From positions 21,543 through 85,542 of the forward strand of contig CAYQAW010000004.1 in the NCBI GenBank assembly GCA_964415615.1: a stretch of 64,000 bases of DNA, read 5' to 3'. Below the pieces are notes generated by a model, which was given only the letters and a program-made list of their open reading frames with translations, made no database searches and was not told the origin of the DNA. The position numbers and the translations under genes are program-made. Of the stretch, positions 62,809-64,000 are shown piece after piece. The DNA comes from an uncultured Gammaproteobacteria bacterium (GTDB taxonomy: Bacteria > Patescibacteriota > Microgenomatia > Daviesbacterales > UBA10151). How positions within the stretch are numbered: position 1 is the stretch's first letter; each line of letters opens with the position of its first letter.

Positions 62809-64000
62809 AAATATTCAAAATCTTTACAAATCAATATTTCTGGGTTTTACTGATAATTATAGGAGGCCTGCTGGTCAGGCTTTATAAAATTGACTCGCCA
62901 ATTGCAGATTGGCATTCCTGGAGACAGGCAGATACGGCAGCTGTAACCAGAAATTTTATAAAAGAGGGTTTTAATCCCTTTTTCCCGAAATATGATGATA
63001 TGACAGGAGTATCTGAACATCCAGTTGTAAATCCTGCGAGATTCCGTTTTGTGGAGTTTCCCTTATATAATATTTTTGTTTATCCGTTTTATTTAGTGTT
63101 TGGCATAAATGATCAATTTCACCGGTTAGTATCTGTTCTATTCTCTCTGGGCAGCACAGCTATTTTATTTTTTATTGTAAGAAAATATACAAGTGTTTTT
63201 GTAGGTTTAGCTTCTGCTTTTGTGTTTGCCTTTTTACCCTTTAATGTTTTTTTTAGCAGAACAACTTTGCCTGAGCCAACTTTTATCTTTTTTGCATTAG
63301 GGATGATTTATTTTGTAGGGAATTGGATTGAGAAGGGTCGGGGAATTTTGGGAATTCAGGGAATTTGGGGATTTATCTTTACAGCAATTGCATTTTTGAT
63401 AAAACCGTGGGCGATATTTTTCTTTTTACCTTTAATATATTCAGTTTTTGTTACAAAGAATACTGGAAGATTTTGGATTAAATTTATTCTATTTACAACT
63501 CTTGCTTTGCTACCCTTTATTTTATGGAGGCTTTGGATATTGCAGCAACCTCAAGGGATTCCGGCCTCAAGTTGGTTAGTAAATAGTGATGGAATACGTT
63601 TTAGACCCGCATTTTGGTGGTGGATAGTTTCCGAACGGATGGGGCGGGAAATACTTGGAGCAACAGGGCTAGTATTATTTTTTATTGGATTTCTCAGCAG
63701 ACCAAAGAACGGAAAATACTTTTTGCATATTTGGGCTTTATCTTCTTTTCTATTTATAGTAATTTTTGCAACAGGCAATGTTAGACACAATTATTACCAA
63801 TCACAATTTATCCCTATTGGTAGTATTTTTTTCTCTTTAGGTTTTGTGCAGCTTTTAAAAGGAAGCAATCAATTTATTGCAAGAATATGGACAATACTTA
63901 TTGCATTAATTTTGTTCCCGCTGTCTTTTTACTTTGGATTTAAAATTGTTAAAGAATTTTATAATATAAACAATCCTGTGATTGTTGAGGCAGGTAAGAA
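62805..64000 (+). CDS. GT-C membrane glycosyltransferase, GT39/ArnT-like (partial, continues beyond window)
   Basis: I translated it by hand from ATG 62805 and found no stop through 64000. 'DSPIADWHSWRQADTAAVTRNF' is the characteristic first periplasmic loop of bacterial GT39/GT83 enzymes. Multiple TM helices. Confidence 0.65.
   Translation, partial: MKIFKIFTNQYFWVLLIIIGGLLVRLYKIDSPIADWHSWRQADTAAVTRNFIKEGFNPFFPKYDDMTGVSEHPVVNPARFRFVEFPLYNIFVYPFYLVFGINDQFHRLVSVLFSLGSTAILFFIVRKYTSVFVGLASAFVFAFLPFNVFFSRTTLPEPTFIFFALGMIYFVGNWIEKGRGILGIQGIWGFIFTAIAFLIKPWAIFFFLPLIYSVFVTKNTGRFWIKFILFTTLALLPFILWRLWILQQPQGIPASSWLVNSDGIRFRPAFWWWIVSERMGREILGATGLVLFFIGFLSRPKNGKYFLHIWALSSFLFIVIFATGNVRHNYYQSQFIPIGSIFFSLGFVQLLKGSNQFIARIWTILIALILFPLSFYFGFKIVKEFYNINNPVIVEAGK

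Overview
This AT-rich (roughly 33-35% GC), very compact bacterial window is almost entirely a cell-surface glycan biosynthesis and modification locus. I could not call any rRNA, tRNA, CRISPR array, transposase or integrase from the sequence.

The left 32 kb holds mixed-orientation genes for nucleotide-sugar supply. These comprise a WecB-like UDP-GlcNAc 2-epimerase with a WecC-like dehydrogenase, a UDP-glucose 6-dehydrogenase with a UDP-xylose-synthase-like decarboxylase, a glucose-1-phosphate cytidylyltransferase, GalE, and a sugar C-methyltransferase. Mixed in are a glutamine-dependent NAD synthetase, a GDPD, an IMPase-family protein, two tandem nucleotidyltransferases, a HAD hydrolase and several polytopic membrane proteins.

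From 32547 to the window end, about 31 kb is a single co-directional block of tightly packed, often overlapping genes on the + strand. It contains GT4 and GT2 glycosyltransferases (including a DPM1/CsbB-like polyprenyl-phosphate glycosyltransferase), four small SAM methyltransferases, a hexapeptide acetyltransferase, a Wzx-like flippase, an O-antigen-ligase/polymerase-like protein and many GT-C-type membrane proteins (GT39/ArnT-like and giant YfhO/AftD-like).

The most striking feature is a family of four giant (900-1200 aa) paralogous membrane proteins. Two adjacent members share a 1.67-kb block that appears identical at nucleotide level, covering their N-terminal membrane module, and then diverge abruptly into different C-terminal extracytoplasmic domains.

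The gene content (many GT39/GT-C proteins, tiny intergenic spacers, low GC) resembles Candidate Phyla Radiation/Patescibacteria-type genomes. That is an inference, not a verified assignment.
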